Below, piece by piece: positions 46,401 to 56,527 of a stretch of DNA of 64,000 nt. The translations under genes and the position numbers were made by a program. Location of the stretch: assembly GCA_036266055.1 (NCBI GenBank), contig DATANW010000222.1, forward strand, positions 536 through 64,535, given 5' to 3'. The DNA comes from Pyrinomonadaceae bacterium (lineage in GTDB: Bacteria; Acidobacteriota; Blastocatellia; Pyrinomonadales; Pyrinomonadaceae). How positions within the stretch are numbered: the stretch's first letter is position 1; the number at the start of each line of letters is the position of its first letter. Below the pieces are notes generated by a model that worked only from the letters and a program-made list of their open reading frames with translations, ran no database searches and had not been told where the DNA came from.

Positions 46401-47438
46401 ATGCGTCTAAGGCTAGCTCTGATGATTCTCGCCCTCCTGGCGTTCGCTGTTCTTTTTTCGTGCCGGTCCGGTTCCAATAACAGCCGCCGCCTGCTGGTCT
46501 ACACGCCCCACGGACAGGACCTGCTGAAAGACTTCATCGCCCGCTACAAGCAGCAACACCCTGACGTCGACGTACAGTTTCTCGACATGGGCTCGCGCGA
46601 GATCCTCGAGCGCGTGCGCGTCGAACGAAATCGCCCACAGGCGGACGTCTGGTGGGGCGCGTCGCACACCACGTTTCAAACGGCGGCGGAAGAAAATCTG
46701 TTAGCTGAGTTCAAGCCGAGCTGGGCCGACAAAGTGCCGGTCGGTTCGCGTGACGAGAAAGACCGCTGGTACGGAACTTACGAAACGCCGCAGGTGATCG
46801 CTTACAACACGCAAGCCGTGAGCGCGGCTGACGCGCCACGCGATTGGGACGACGTGTTGGATCCGAAGTGGCGCGACAAAGTTTTGATTCGCAATCCGAA
46901 CCCATCCGACACCATGCGCGCGATCTTCGGCGCGATGATCTGGCGGTTCTACAAAGACACGGGCAAACCGGACCAGGGTTACGACTGGCTGCGAAAACTC
47001 GATGCGAACGTCCACGAGTACACCGCGGATGGGACGCTGTTGATGCAGAAGCTGGCGCGCCGCGAGGGATTGGTGACGTTGTGGGACATGCCTGACGTGC
47101 GGCTGTTCATCGAGCAGAAGAATTTTCCGGTGGGTTATAACGTGCCCGCGAGTGGGACGCCGGTGATCACGGACGGAATCGCGATCGTGCGCGGTGGTCC
47201 AAATCCGGACGAGGCGCGGCGGTTTTACGAGTTTGTGACGACGCCCGAGAGTTTGACCTACGCCGCGCACAAGTATTATCGCATTCCGGTGCGCACGGAC
47301 ATCGATCGTTCGCAGTTGCCCGGCTGGATGAACGAGCCGTTCACGCGGCTGCCTCTGGACTGGGAGCTGTTGCGAAAAAACGGAAACGATTGGTTAAGAT
47401 ACTGGGACACGGAAATTCGCGGTAAAAACAACCGCTGA
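46401..47438 (+). CDS. ABC transporter substrate-binding lipoprotein (Fe3+/FbpA-like family 1 SBP)
   Basis: Lipobox LFSC after the signal peptide. Family-1 solute-binding fold length. Followed by the ATPase and a fused double permease. Confidence 0.75.
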   Translation: MRLRLALMILALLAFAVLFSCRSGSNNSRRLLVYTPHGQDLLKDFIARYKQQHPDVDVQFLDMGSREILERVRVERNRPQADVWWGASHTTFQTAAEENLLAEFKPSWADKVPVGSRDEKDRWYGTYETPQVIAYNTQAVSAADAPRDWDDVLDPKWRDKVLIRNPNPSDTMRAIFGAMIWRFYKDTGKPDQGYDWLRKLDANVHEYTADGTLLMQKLARREGLVTLWDMPDVRLFIEQKNFPVGYNVPASGTPVITDGIAIVRGGPNPDEARRFYEFVTTPESLTYAAHKYYRIPVRTDIDRSQLPGWMNEPFTRLPLDWELLRKNGNDWLRYWDTEIRGKNNR

Positions 47439-47459
47439 TAAATACCGGTACCGGAATAG

Positions 47460-48542
47460 ATGCCGCTTCTCTCGCTAAAGAACATCTCGCGCAGCTTTGG
47501 ATCGACTCGCGCCGTCGCCGCTGTATCGCTCGACGTCGAGCAGGGTGAGTTCTTTGGCTTGCTTGGACCATCGGGCTGCGGCAAGACGACGACGCTGCGA
47601 ATGATCGCCGGTCTTGAGAAACCCGACTCGGGGACCATCCAGTTTCAGAACACGGATATCACGAACTTGCCGGCCGAGAAACGCGGCTTCGGCATGGTCT
47701 TTCAGAACTACGCGCTGTTTCCGCATTTGAACGTTTTTGAGAACGTCGCTTTTGGATTGCGCGCACGGCACGCAGCGAAAGCGGAGCTGAGCGAGCGGGT
47801 GGCGAGCGCGCTCGAGTTGGTCCAGCTTCCGGGATACGACAAGCGTGCAGTCGACGAGCTTTCGGGAGGCCAGCAACAGCGCGTGGCAATCGCGCGCGCG
47901 ATCGCTATTCAGCCTGCGTTGCTGTTGTTTGACGAGCCTTTGTCAAACCTCGACGTTTCGTTGCGCGAAGAAACACGGAGCGAGCTGCGCGAACTGGTCA
48001 CGCGCCTCGGATTGACGGCAGTCTACGTGACGCACGATCAGGAAGAAGCATACGCGCTTTGCGATCGCATCAGCGTCATGGTTGCCGGACGATTGATGCA
48101 GACCGGCGAGCCGCGCGAACTTTACGACCATCCGTCAGACATCGCTGTCGCCAGATTCCTGGGTCGAAACAACTTGATCAAGGCAATGCGATTGAGTTCG
48201 AGCAATACAGATGACGGGGAGTTCAAGACACTCGAAGGCGGTCACAAACTGCATCTCCCGGTGACACACGCCATTCTCTCACCAATGGACCAGCCGGTGT
48301 TTCTCGCGATTCGTCCCGAGCACGTTCAGATCCACACGAACGGCGATTCGGGAACGAACTCACTGCGCGGCAACATTCGCGAGATCGTGTTCGCCGGCGC
48401 CACTTCGACCGTGCGCGTCGACGCCGCCGGCCTGGTGCTGGAAGCACTTGTCTTGCAACCCGACGGTCTGACCGTCAATCAGGAGTGCACCGTCGTGCTT
48501 CCCCACGACCGCCTCACCCTGCTGCAAAATCAAAGCGGATGA
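47460..48542 (+). CDS. ABC transporter ATP-binding protein (FbpC/PotA-like with C-terminal TOBE-like domain)
   Basis: Walker A GPSGCGKTT, signature LSGGQQQRVAIARA, Walker B LLLFDEPLS. Confidence 0.9.
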   Translation: MPLLSLKNISRSFGSTRAVAAVSLDVEQGEFFGLLGPSGCGKTTTLRMIAGLEKPDSGTIQFQNTDITNLPAEKRGFGMVFQNYALFPHLNVFENVAFGLRARHAAKAELSERVASALELVQLPGYDKRAVDELSGGQQQRVAIARAIAIQPALLLFDEPLSNLDVSLREETRSELRELVTRLGLTAVYVTHDQEEAYALCDRISVMVAGRLMQTGEPRELYDHPSDIAVARFLGRNNLIKAMRLSSSNTDDGEFKTLEGGHKLHLPVTHAILSPMDQPVFLAIRPEHVQIHTNGDSGTNSLRGNIREIVFAGATSTVRVDAAGLVLEALVLQPDGLTVNQECTVVLPHDRLTLLQNQSG

Positions 48543-50215
48543 ACAAGAGATCGGCGGTCCTGCTTGTAATCACTCTCCTCGTATTGCTCTACGGCGTCAT
48601 TTATCCAAACCTGTTCCTCGTCAACCTCTCGCTGCAACGCGACGGCGTGTTGACACTCGCGAACTACCGCGAAGTGCTGTCGCAAAGCATCGTTCTCGAA
48701 GCGATCCTCAATAGTGTCGGTCTTTCGGTTTTTACTGTGCTGCTGTGCGCGATCATCGGCGTACCGCTGGCGTTTCTCTTCGAACGTTTCGACTTTCCTG
48801 GCCGCCGGATCTTCGCGGCCCTGGCGGCGCTTCCACTTGTTCTGCCGCCGCTCGTCGGCACGGTTGCATTTATCTTTCTGTACGGCGAGACAGGGATCCT
48901 GGCCCACGGTATTCAAAAACTCTTCGGCTTCGAAAGACCGCCGTGGTCGTTGCAAGGTTGGGCCGCGTTGCTCTTCTTTCACACGTACACGATGTATCCG
49001 TTTTTCTACGTCTTGACCGGCGCCGGGTTGCGACGTATCGACGCGAGTCTCGCCGAAGCCGCGCGCAGTCTCGGCGCGTCGCGAACTGTCGTTTTGCGGC
49101 GCGTGCTCCTGCCCCAACTGACGCCGTCGCTGATAGCCGCCGCGTTGTTGACGTTCATGACCTCGATGGCGTCATTCAGCGCGCCGTTGTTGTTCGGCGG
49201 CAACGTGCGCGTGCTGACGCTCGAAATCTTCACTGCGCGACAACGTGGCGATGCGGTAATGGCCGTCACCGAGACAGTCGTCCTCGCAATCATCTCGCTC
49301 GGAGCGCTGCTCTTCTTTCAACGTTACGAAGGAACACGAAAGTTTGCGGCCGCGACGATGAAAGGCGCGCCGCGCAGGCGGGCAGCGATCGCGAGCGGCA
49401 AGACGCGCGTTCTCGCGACCATCCTCGCGATCGTTTTCGCGCTCCTTCTCGTGTTGCCGGTAGCGACGCTCGTGCTCGTGAGTTTCGCTCGCGAAGGATC
49501 GTGGACGACGGAAACACTGCCGTCAGCCTACACCTTCGCCAACTACCTCCGCGTTTTCAGCGAGCCACTGGCGGTGGAAGTCTTCGTCAACAGCTTGTCG
49601 ATGTCGGCGATTGCGGCAGTGGCGGCATTGCTGTGGAGCTTTTGTGTAGTCACGCTGCTGGTTAGACGAGGTCGCGGAACGGTGTTCGATGAAAGTTGGC
49701 GGCGTTTGTTGTCGTTGTTGGTGTTGGTTCCGTGGGCCTTGCCGGGAACCGTAGTCGCCGTCTCAGTGGCGGAAGCTTATTCCGGACTCAGTTCATTGCC
49801 GGGTTCGCTTATGCTCGTCGGGACGTTCTGGATCCTGCCGGTCGTTTACTTCCTGCGTTTTATGCCGCTCGTCGTGCGCGCGCTTCAGGCCAGCATGGAA
49901 CAACTCGATCCGGCGCTCGACGAGGCTGCGGGGTCGCTCGGCGCGCGCGCGTGGCAGCGATTTACGCGCGTCACTTTGCCGCTGGTCTGGCCGGGCGCCG
50001 TCGCCGGGACGCTGCTGGCATTTGTGATCGCATTAGGCGAATATGTGGCGTCGGTGTTGGTGTTTGTTCCGGCGAACCGTCCTATCTCAATCGCCATCGC
50101 ATCGGAGTTGCGCGACTTCAATCTCGGCGCGGCGGCGGCGTACGGCGTCGTGCTAATTCTGATTATTTCAATCAGTATGGTCATCGCCGGCAAACTTGAA
50201 AAAATCCGCGGATAG
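48539..50215 (+). CDS. ABC transporter permease, duplicated (FbpB-like)
   Basis: Two tandem BPD-type permease halves of about 560 aa in total. ATG 48539 overlaps the ATPase stop (ATGA). Confidence 0.85.
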   Translation: MNKRSAVLLVITLLVLLYGVIYPNLFLVNLSLQRDGVLTLANYREVLSQSIVLEAILNSVGLSVFTVLLCAIIGVPLAFLFERFDFPGRRIFAALAALPLVLPPLVGTVAFIFLYGETGILAHGIQKLFGFERPPWSLQGWAALLFFHTYTMYPFFYVLTGAGLRRIDASLAEAARSLGASRTVVLRRVLLPQLTPSLIAAALLTFMTSMASFSAPLLFGGNVRVLTLEIFTARQRGDAVMAVTETVVLAIISLGALLFFQRYEGTRKFAAATMKGAPRRRAAIASGKTRVLATILAIVFALLLVLPVATLVLVSFAREGSWTTETLPSAYTFANYLRVFSEPLAVEVFVNSLSMSAIAAVAALLWSFCVVTLLVRRGRGTVFDESWRRLLSLLVLVPWALPGTVVAVSVAEAYSGLSSLPGSLMLVGTFWILPVVYFLRFMPLVVRALQASMEQLDPALDEAAGSLGARAWQRFTRVTLPLVWPGAVAGTLLAFVIALGEYVASVLVFVPANRPISIAIASELRDFNLGAAAAYGVVLILIISISMVIAGKLEKIRG

Positions 50216-50225
50216 TTAAAGCAAA

Positions 50226-52712
50226 ATGAGGAAAGTATCTAAGTTCCAGGTGTTTGTCAGTGCTTTGTTGCTGTTGCTGCTGGCTTTTCCAGCTCGGATC
50301 ACGTCGCAAACCGAGCAAACGGAAAAACCCGACAACGCCGCACTACACCAGGCGCTGGTGGATCTCACGAACCCCTGGACGGTCATGTGTGTCGCCGCGC
50401 ATCCGGACGACGAGGACGGCAGCACGTTGACTGTGTTGCGCCGCAAGTACGGTGTCCACACGGTCTCGCTGTTTTCCACGTTCGGCGAAGGCGGACAGAA
50501 CGCGGTCGGCCCCGAGCTCTACGAAGACCTCGGCGTGATTCGCGCGCGCGAAACCATGGCCGCGTCCGAAGTGCAGGGATCGGAACCGTACTTCCTCGGT
50601 TTCAAGGATTTTGGTTTCTCAAAATCCGCGGAAGAAACGTTTCGTGCCTGGGGCGAAAAAGAATTGCTCCGGCGGATGGTGCTTTACATCCGGCGTCTGC
50701 GTCCCGACGTCATCATCACAAATCACGACACGACGAGCGGGCACGGTCATCATCAAGCGACGGGGCGCATGATCCTCGAGGCGTTCTTCGAAGCCGGTGA
50801 TCCTACGAAGTTTCCCGAGCAGCTTAATCAGTTTAGTGCCTGGCAGGTGAAACGGTTGTTCGTTCGCAACCGTGGCGCTCAGGAACCCGCGACCTCGACC
50901 GGAAAAGAAGCTCCGCCGCAGATCGTCACGATCGATCCGAACGAGATGGATCGGGTACGCGGCATGACGTACGCGCAACAAGCGCTCGCCGCTTTGCAGA
51001 AACACGCGACGCAGGGTCCGTGGCCGAAAACTGTTCCACCCGCCGGTGCGCGACCGATTCGCTACAACCTCGTCAAGCAAGCGACGGCTGCGCCGCCGCT
51101 CCCCGCCGACGCAAAAACATTTCTCGACGGCCTGGTGTTACCGGAGACTGTCGCTGCGAGACTCGTCGCTCCGACAATCGAAGGCCAGCCGCTGACGAAC
51201 TTTCTCGATCGCCGTCTCGAGCTGCTTGTCGCGTTACTCAGTAGCAAACGTCGCGGTGCGTTCACCGCGCCGAAAGATGTTGTCGACGTCGATCCACACC
51301 GGTTTAAGTTGATGGCCCAACGACTCGATGACGCACTCGCAACCGCAGCGGGCGCGTCGGTCGCGATAGTGTCGGCTGGCGGTTCGGCGCTTGTGCCCGG
51401 ACAACCGGCGCGACTTGCGGCCACGCTGACAAATGCCGGCATGGCTGAGATTCTTATCAAGCAACTGAAGTTTCGCGGACTTGGTATCGAACAGAAGCTT
51501 GATACCGCGGACAAGATGTTGCCCGGAACTGACACGTCGGCCGCAGTCAATGTCACCGTACCGAAGAACACGGCATTCAGCGTCCCTTCGTCAGAACATC
51601 TTTACGACGGTCGCCTCTTCGGCGAACCACTCAATGCGGAAGCCGAACTCTCGATGGAAGGCGTTTCGTTCAAAGTCGCGACTGAAGCGCGGCGTGACGT
51701 CGCGCCGGCAGTCGAGATCGTCAGCGTCGCGCCGTCGCCGTACGTCAGCACTCCGGCAACGTCGCAGAAGCCGCTCGAGTTCACCGTCCGGCTGCAAAAT
51801 CATCTGCCGACAGAGTTCCGCGGGGTCCTGCGTGTGCGAGGACAAACTCTGGAAACCGGGCGCGAGATCCAGATTGGTCCAAACGCCAGTGACGTCGAGA
51901 ACATGGTTGTTCGTACGGCGTTGCCGTTGAGTACTCTGGCCCAAATTCAGGCGCGAGAAAGGACAATGGCGGTTATCGTCGATCTGCCGGTTCCCAAAGA
52001 GCCGATCGCGAAACGCGACGTGCCGCTGGTCTATGCCGAAGCGATCGTGGTGGGCGGGCGGAAGGTCGGGTACATCCCGAGTTCCGATGAAACTCTGCAG
52101 CGTGCGCTTGCGGCGCTTGGCGTCGATGCGAAGGAGTTGACGGTTGACGATATTGCGAAGGCTGATCTGTCACCATTTAACACCATCATCATCGACAATC
52201 GCGGTTACCAGGCGCATCCCGAGTTGATCGCGTCGAACAATCGTCTGCTCAAGTTTGTCGAAGACGGTGGGACGCTGCTCGTCTTCTATCACCGAACGAA
52301 CGAATGGAACCCGAACGAACAACGGAACCGCCCGCAGCTCGCGCCGTATCCGATCATCCTCGACGACGATCGCGTAACGGATGAGAATGCGCCGGTCACG
52401 TTTCTGCAACCGAAACATCCGTTGCTGAACTTCCCGAACAAGATCACGCAACAGGATTTTGCGAACTGGATTCAGGAGCGCGGGCTGTACTTTCCGAAGG
52501 AGTGGGATCCGAAGTACACCGCGGTGCTATCGACGAACGATAAGGGTGAGCCGCCGTTGCGTGGCGGACTGCTGGTCGCGCCGTACGGACGAGGAAATTA
52601 CATCTACACGAGTTATGTTTGGTATCGACAGCTTCGGGCGGGATTGCCTGGTGGGTACCGGATGTTTGCGAACCTGATCAGTTACGGGCGGCGCAAAGAG
52701 ACCACGGAGTAA
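50226..52712 (+). CDS. PIG-L/LmbE-family deacetylase fused to a large C-terminal region ending in a ThuA/GATase1-like domain
   Basis: Signal peptide. AAHPDDEDG and HGHHQATG motifs in the first ~200 aa. The C-terminal ~230 aa (TIIIDNRGY...GGTLLVFYH...GRGNYIYTSY) resembles class-I glutamine-amidotransferase-like folds. Confidence 0.7.
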   Translation: MRKVSKFQVFVSALLLLLLAFPARITSQTEQTEKPDNAALHQALVDLTNPWTVMCVAAHPDDEDGSTLTVLRRKYGVHTVSLFSTFGEGGQNAVGPELYEDLGVIRARETMAASEVQGSEPYFLGFKDFGFSKSAEETFRAWGEKELLRRMVLYIRRLRPDVIITNHDTTSGHGHHQATGRMILEAFFEAGDPTKFPEQLNQFSAWQVKRLFVRNRGAQEPATSTGKEAPPQIVTIDPNEMDRVRGMTYAQQALAALQKHATQGPWPKTVPPAGARPIRYNLVKQATAAPPLPADAKTFLDGLVLPETVAARLVAPTIEGQPLTNFLDRRLELLVALLSSKRRGAFTAPKDVVDVDPHRFKLMAQRLDDALATAAGASVAIVSAGGSALVPGQPARLAATLTNAGMAEILIKQLKFRGLGIEQKLDTADKMLPGTDTSAAVNVTVPKNTAFSVPSSEHLYDGRLFGEPLNAEAELSMEGVSFKVATEARRDVAPAVEIVSVAPSPYVSTPATSQKPLEFTVRLQNHLPTEFRGVLRVRGQTLETGREIQIGPNASDVENMVVRTALPLSTLAQIQARERTMAVIVDLPVPKEPIAKRDVPLVYAEAIVVGGRKVGYIPSSDETLQRALAALGVDAKELTVDDIAKADLSPFNTIIIDNRGYQAHPELIASNNRLLKFVEDGGTLLVFYHRTNEWNPNEQRNRPQLAPYPIILDDDRVTDENAPVTFLQPKHPLLNFPNKITQQDFANWIQERGLYFPKEWDPKYTAVLSTNDKGEPPLRGGLLVAPYGRGNYIYTSYVWYRQLRAGLPGGYRMFANLISYGRRKETTE

Positions 52713-52730
52713 AAAAAATTCGCGAATCCT

Positions 52731-53261
52731 CTACGCGGGCTGGTCGATCATCGCGTCCTGCTCGAGGTTGCCGCCTTCTTCACCTTCGAGCTTCACGCGC
52801 GCTCTTTCGAGAAACGTTATGATCATTTCGCGGACGCGCTTCTGCATCTCGGCACTAATTCTTCCCTCGCCGACGAGAGTCGCAAAACGATGCAGCTCCT
52901 TCGCATGTTTGCGTCGCAGTTCGACGTGCTGGACGATCTTGATCAGCACCTTTTGTCCGCGTTCTTCAAAAGCCGCTGCGTAACGGAGATAGTTCTTCAT
53001 CTCGGAACGCGCGGGCGACCACTCGAGTCGCTCGGGTGAATCTTCAGTCTTCTCCAGCGTGAAACTCGCCTGCACGGCGCCGATGATCGGCACTTCCGCG
53101 CGCACCATCCACCGCATTATGCCGCCGGCTTCCTTCTTTATGCCTTCGATTCCCGGCATCAAATCCGCAAAATTACGGAGTTCGCCGAAAAACTCGCGGG
53201 CCCGCTCGAGCGTGGTTCGCAATTCGATTGATTCTGCGTAGGAAGCCTTGATTCGAAACAT
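52731..53261 (-). CDS. SRPBCC/START-like domain protein (tentative)
   Basis: 176 aa. The first ~110 aa have the beta-rich pattern of SRPBCC ligand-binding proteins, followed by a charged helical tail. Weak, by-eye assignment. Confidence 0.4.
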   Translation of the reverse strand: MFRIKASYAESIELRTTLERAREFFGELRNFADLMPGIEGIKKEAGGIMRWMVRAEVPIIGAVQASFTLEKTEDSPERLEWSPARSEMKNYLRYAAAFEERGQKVLIKIVQHVELRRKHAKELHRFATLVGEGRISAEMQKRVREMIITFLERARVKLEGEEGGNLEQDAMIDQPA

Positions 53262-53395
53262 TGATTCTCCGTTAACCGTTCTGCCAGATCGTTGATGCGC
53301 GACGCTGACCGTTTGGTTTCCCGCATCGCGGCTGCTAACTTACACGAGGAAAGTTTGCTAGTAAACAGCTAACTTCGCAAACCGCTAAGTGCGCT

Positions 53396-53596
53396 ATGAA
53401 GCAATTATTCAGTACCGCCTGTCCGCGATGTGAAAAACGAGGCCTCAAGACCTGGACGGAACTAAACGACGAACAACGCGAAGTCGTCAAGAGGTTGCCC
53501 GCCTCAGCAAAAATTGAACTCTCCGAACGGCAAGCAGCACATCGCTGGTGCACACGCTGCTGGTACGAGACCACAGATACATCTCACCATGCGTGA
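53396..53596 (+). CDS. Small Cys4 zinc-ribbon-like protein, hypothetical
   Basis: 66 aa with CPRC near the N-terminus and CTRC near the C-terminus. Confidence 0.4.
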   Translation: MKQLFSTACPRCEKRGLKTWTELNDEQREVVKRLPASAKIELSERQAAHRWCTRCWYETTDTSHHA

Positions 53597-56446
53597 CTAA
53601 TTCAGTATGCGATTGTAAGCCGATCTGATTTCCCTCATCTGTTCAATCAGTGTTTCCTGTAACAGCGTGGAATCAAGACGCATCCGTTTCGCAACATCGC
53701 GCGCAATCACATGATCGGGATCCGGCAGGCGCGTCGATCGGCCCACGATCAGCCGCAGGTTGTGATCGATCTTCCGCAGCAGATCGTACCCGTTACTCAA
53801 CGTTTCGAAATCGTCTTCAGCGAGAGAACCTTCCTCACGCAATCGTTCGAGCGTGAACATCGTCGAGCGGTCGTCGCCTTCGTCCATCACTTCATCACGC
53901 AACTGCAAATAGCGCGCGGCGAAGTAGACGTCGAGCATGCCGCCTGGTCCATACTTGATGTCGGTCCCGGCCTGCCGCCCGCGCCTTCCCTTCTCACGCT
54001 CCAGACGATCGCGGACGCGCCGTGTCTCTGCTTTCAACTCCTGCGGATTGAAGTCTGCGACGTTTCCCTGAATGCGATGACGAGCGTGCGTTTCGATCAT
54101 TCGTCCGAGCTCCTGATCGCCGCCGACAGACCGCAGTTTCACATAAGCAAGCCACTCCCACGGGGCGCTTTCTTCCATCAAATAATCAAGAAAACCGGCC
54201 GAGCTGGAAACGAGTGGTCCATTCTTGCCATGTGGTCGCAATCGCAGATCGACCCGATAGAGGTAACCTTCTCTCGTGATGCTCGACAGCGCCGCCAGCA
54301 TCAATTCCGCGAAACGCGAGTAGGTCTGATCTTGCGTCAGCGCTTTGATCGGCGACGGGACGAGCGGATCGTAAGTGATCAGAATGTCCAGATCCGAGCC
54401 GTAATCGACGCCGCCCGAAGCGACACGTCCGAGACCGAAAAACGCGACGCGTGGTCCGGCGCGGAATGGGCCATGGCGACGGGCGAGTTCACGACGAGCG
54501 ACGAGGTACGCCACGTTCAAGCTCGCGATCGCGAGATCTGTTTGCAAGCGGTTTGCTTCGAGCATTGAGAGTTGGTCTGAACTGTCGAGCGCGCCGATTT
54601 CGGCGATCAGTTCGGCCCATTTCAACCGCAGCGCGGCGAGTTCGCCCGGGAACGTTTGCTCACCGTCGATGGCCGACCGGAGAAGTGCACGGTAATCGCG
54701 ACGCAAGGCAGTCAGAGGTGGCGCGCCGAAGGATGTGATCAATGCCGGGTTGGCAGCGATCATTTCCGCGAACGCGTCTGACGAGCCGCAGAGCTGCATC
54801 AGGCTGGTCAGGTTCGCGTCGGAGATCTCGATATGACGATCCATCTTTTCCAGCGACGCCGCGACGCGCGAAGCCTGGACCAACGCACGATGCGGGTTCA
54901 GAGATTGATTCGCCAGCGTTTGGATCGTGCGCTTGTTGAGTTGCGCCTCGACGTGTGAGGCGAAGACGCGCGCTGATGCCGTCGCGAGTGTCGAGTCCTG
55001 ATCGAATTTGGCGCCATCGGTTGTATGCGGCTCATCGCTGACGTGTTTCGACGCGCGTTCGACCTCCGAGAAGAGCCGATCGTAGACGCGTCGTACGTTT
55101 CCGGTGTGTACTTTCAGACTCGCATCGAATTTCTCCGCGTCTGAGAAACCGAGTCGACGCGCGATCAACGTCCGCGATTCCCGCGAATCAGGAACGATGT
55201 GCGTCTGCAACCCGTGCTCCATTTGCAGCCGGTGCTCGAGCGCGCGCAGAAAGTAGTAAGCGTCTGAGAGTTCGGTGCGTTCGTGTTCGGTGATGAAGGC
55301 GCGGTCCGCGAGACGGCCCAGACTCACAAGCGTGTGCGCTACACGCAACCAATCGTCGCGTCCGCCGTGGGCCAACTGCAGGGCCTGGGCGATGAACTCG
55401 ATCTCGCGGATGCCGCCGCGACCCAGCTTCACGTTGTAACCGCTCTTCTTCTCGGTTTGCCGGTCGATCTTCTGTTTCGCCAGGCGAACACTCGCCAGCG
55501 CGTCGGTGACTGAAACATCCTGCCGGAAGACGTAAGGCGTGACCGCTTCTTTGAAACGCGCAAACAGCGCCGGCGAACCGACGGCCGCGCGTGCACGAAT
55601 CAATGCCTGACGTTCCCAATCCTGGGCCGACTTCGCGTAGTACCGCGTCGCTTCCGGCAACGAACAGGCGAGCGCGCCGTCGCGTCCGTGTGGTCGTAAT
55701 CGCAGATCGACCCGGTAAGCTGCGCCTTCGCCGCCGGATTGGCCCACGAGACGCGCGATTGTTTCCGACAGCTTAACGAAGTACTCGCGATTGCTGACTT
55801 CACCGCGTTCGCCGTGGCCGGAAGTGTTGCCGTCGTCGGAATAAAGGAAGAGTAGATCGATGTCGGAAGCGTAGTTGAGCTCCATCGAACCGAGTTTGCC
55901 GAGTGCGATGACGCAGAACTCGGCGTCGGCGATGCGCCCGCGTTCGTCGGTGCGTCGTGGCGAGCCGTAACGATTGTCGAGATCCTGAACGGCGAGGCTG
56001 AGTGCGTAGTCGAGTATTGCGTCGGCGAGGTTCGACAACTCTTCCATCGTGTCGACCAGCGTGTGTGAGCGCCGAATGTCATGCAGATACGTGCGCAGCA
56101 GTTCGCGACGGCGGAAGCGTGCGAGCAACACTTGCGGATTCAAGGAGGAATTTGTGAGTGCGAAGCGCGCGAGCGACTCCTTCAACTCGTCGCGTGTTCT
56201 GAGCCGTGGATTGGACCGCTCACGCGCCAGCCAACTCAGGTACTCGGGATTCTGCTCTATTGTTGTTGATAGGAGAGGACTCCACGCCGCGAGCGCCACC
56301 ACATCCGCGAGCAACGCCGGTTGTTTTATCAGCTGCTGATAATAACGTGGCCCATCCTTCTCGAGTCTCTCGAGCGCCAACCTCGCCCCGTGAGGATCGG
56401 GCAACTCGCGCAGCAAAAACTCAACTGTCTCCGATCGCTTCTGCAC
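53597..56446 (-). CDS. glnE: Bifunctional glutamine synthetase adenylyltransferase/adenylyl-removing enzyme
   Basis: 949 aa with duplicated nucleotidyltransferase halves (GKLGSMELNYASDIDLLF and GLGRVASGGVDYGSDLDILI). Downstream of glnA. GTG start. Confidence 0.9.
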   Translation of the reverse strand: MQKRSETVEFLLRELPDPHGARLALERLEKDGPRYYQQLIKQPALLADVVALAAWSPLLSTTIEQNPEYLSWLARERSNPRLRTRDELKESLARFALTNSSLNPQVLLARFRRRELLRTYLHDIRRSHTLVDTMEELSNLADAILDYALSLAVQDLDNRYGSPRRTDERGRIADAEFCVIALGKLGSMELNYASDIDLLFLYSDDGNTSGHGERGEVSNREYFVKLSETIARLVGQSGGEGAAYRVDLRLRPHGRDGALACSLPEATRYYAKSAQDWERQALIRARAAVGSPALFARFKEAVTPYVFRQDVSVTDALASVRLAKQKIDRQTEKKSGYNVKLGRGGIREIEFIAQALQLAHGGRDDWLRVAHTLVSLGRLADRAFITEHERTELSDAYYFLRALEHRLQMEHGLQTHIVPDSRESRTLIARRLGFSDAEKFDASLKVHTGNVRRVYDRLFSEVERASKHVSDEPHTTDGAKFDQDSTLATASARVFASHVEAQLNKRTIQTLANQSLNPHRALVQASRVAASLEKMDRHIEISDANLTSLMQLCGSSDAFAEMIAANPALITSFGAPPLTALRRDYRALLRSAIDGEQTFPGELAALRLKWAELIAEIGALDSSDQLSMLEANRLQTDLAIASLNVAYLVARRELARRHGPFRAGPRVAFFGLGRVASGGVDYGSDLDILITYDPLVPSPIKALTQDQTYSRFAELMLAALSSITREGYLYRVDLRLRPHGKNGPLVSSSAGFLDYLMEESAPWEWLAYVKLRSVGGDQELGRMIETHARHRIQGNVADFNPQELKAETRRVRDRLEREKGRRGRQAGTDIKYGPGGMLDVYFAARYLQLRDEVMDEGDDRSTMFTLERLREEGSLAEDDFETLSNGYDLLRKIDHNLRLIVGRSTRLPDPDHVIARDVAKRMRLDSTLLQETLIEQMREIRSAYNRILN

Positions 56447-56462
56447 CGGAAGATATTAAACA

Positions 56463-56508
56463 CTAAATCCGTGTTTCCATACCTCGTCAGTAGAAAACAC
56501 GGATTTAG
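56463..56508. repeat. Family-C hairpin, 14-bp perfect stem, between glnA and glnE
   Basis: CTAAATCCGTGTTT (56463-76), an 18-nt loop, AAACACGGATTTAG (56495-508). Confidence 0.8.
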
Positions 56509-56527
56509 GCGTCAACCCTTAGACCTC

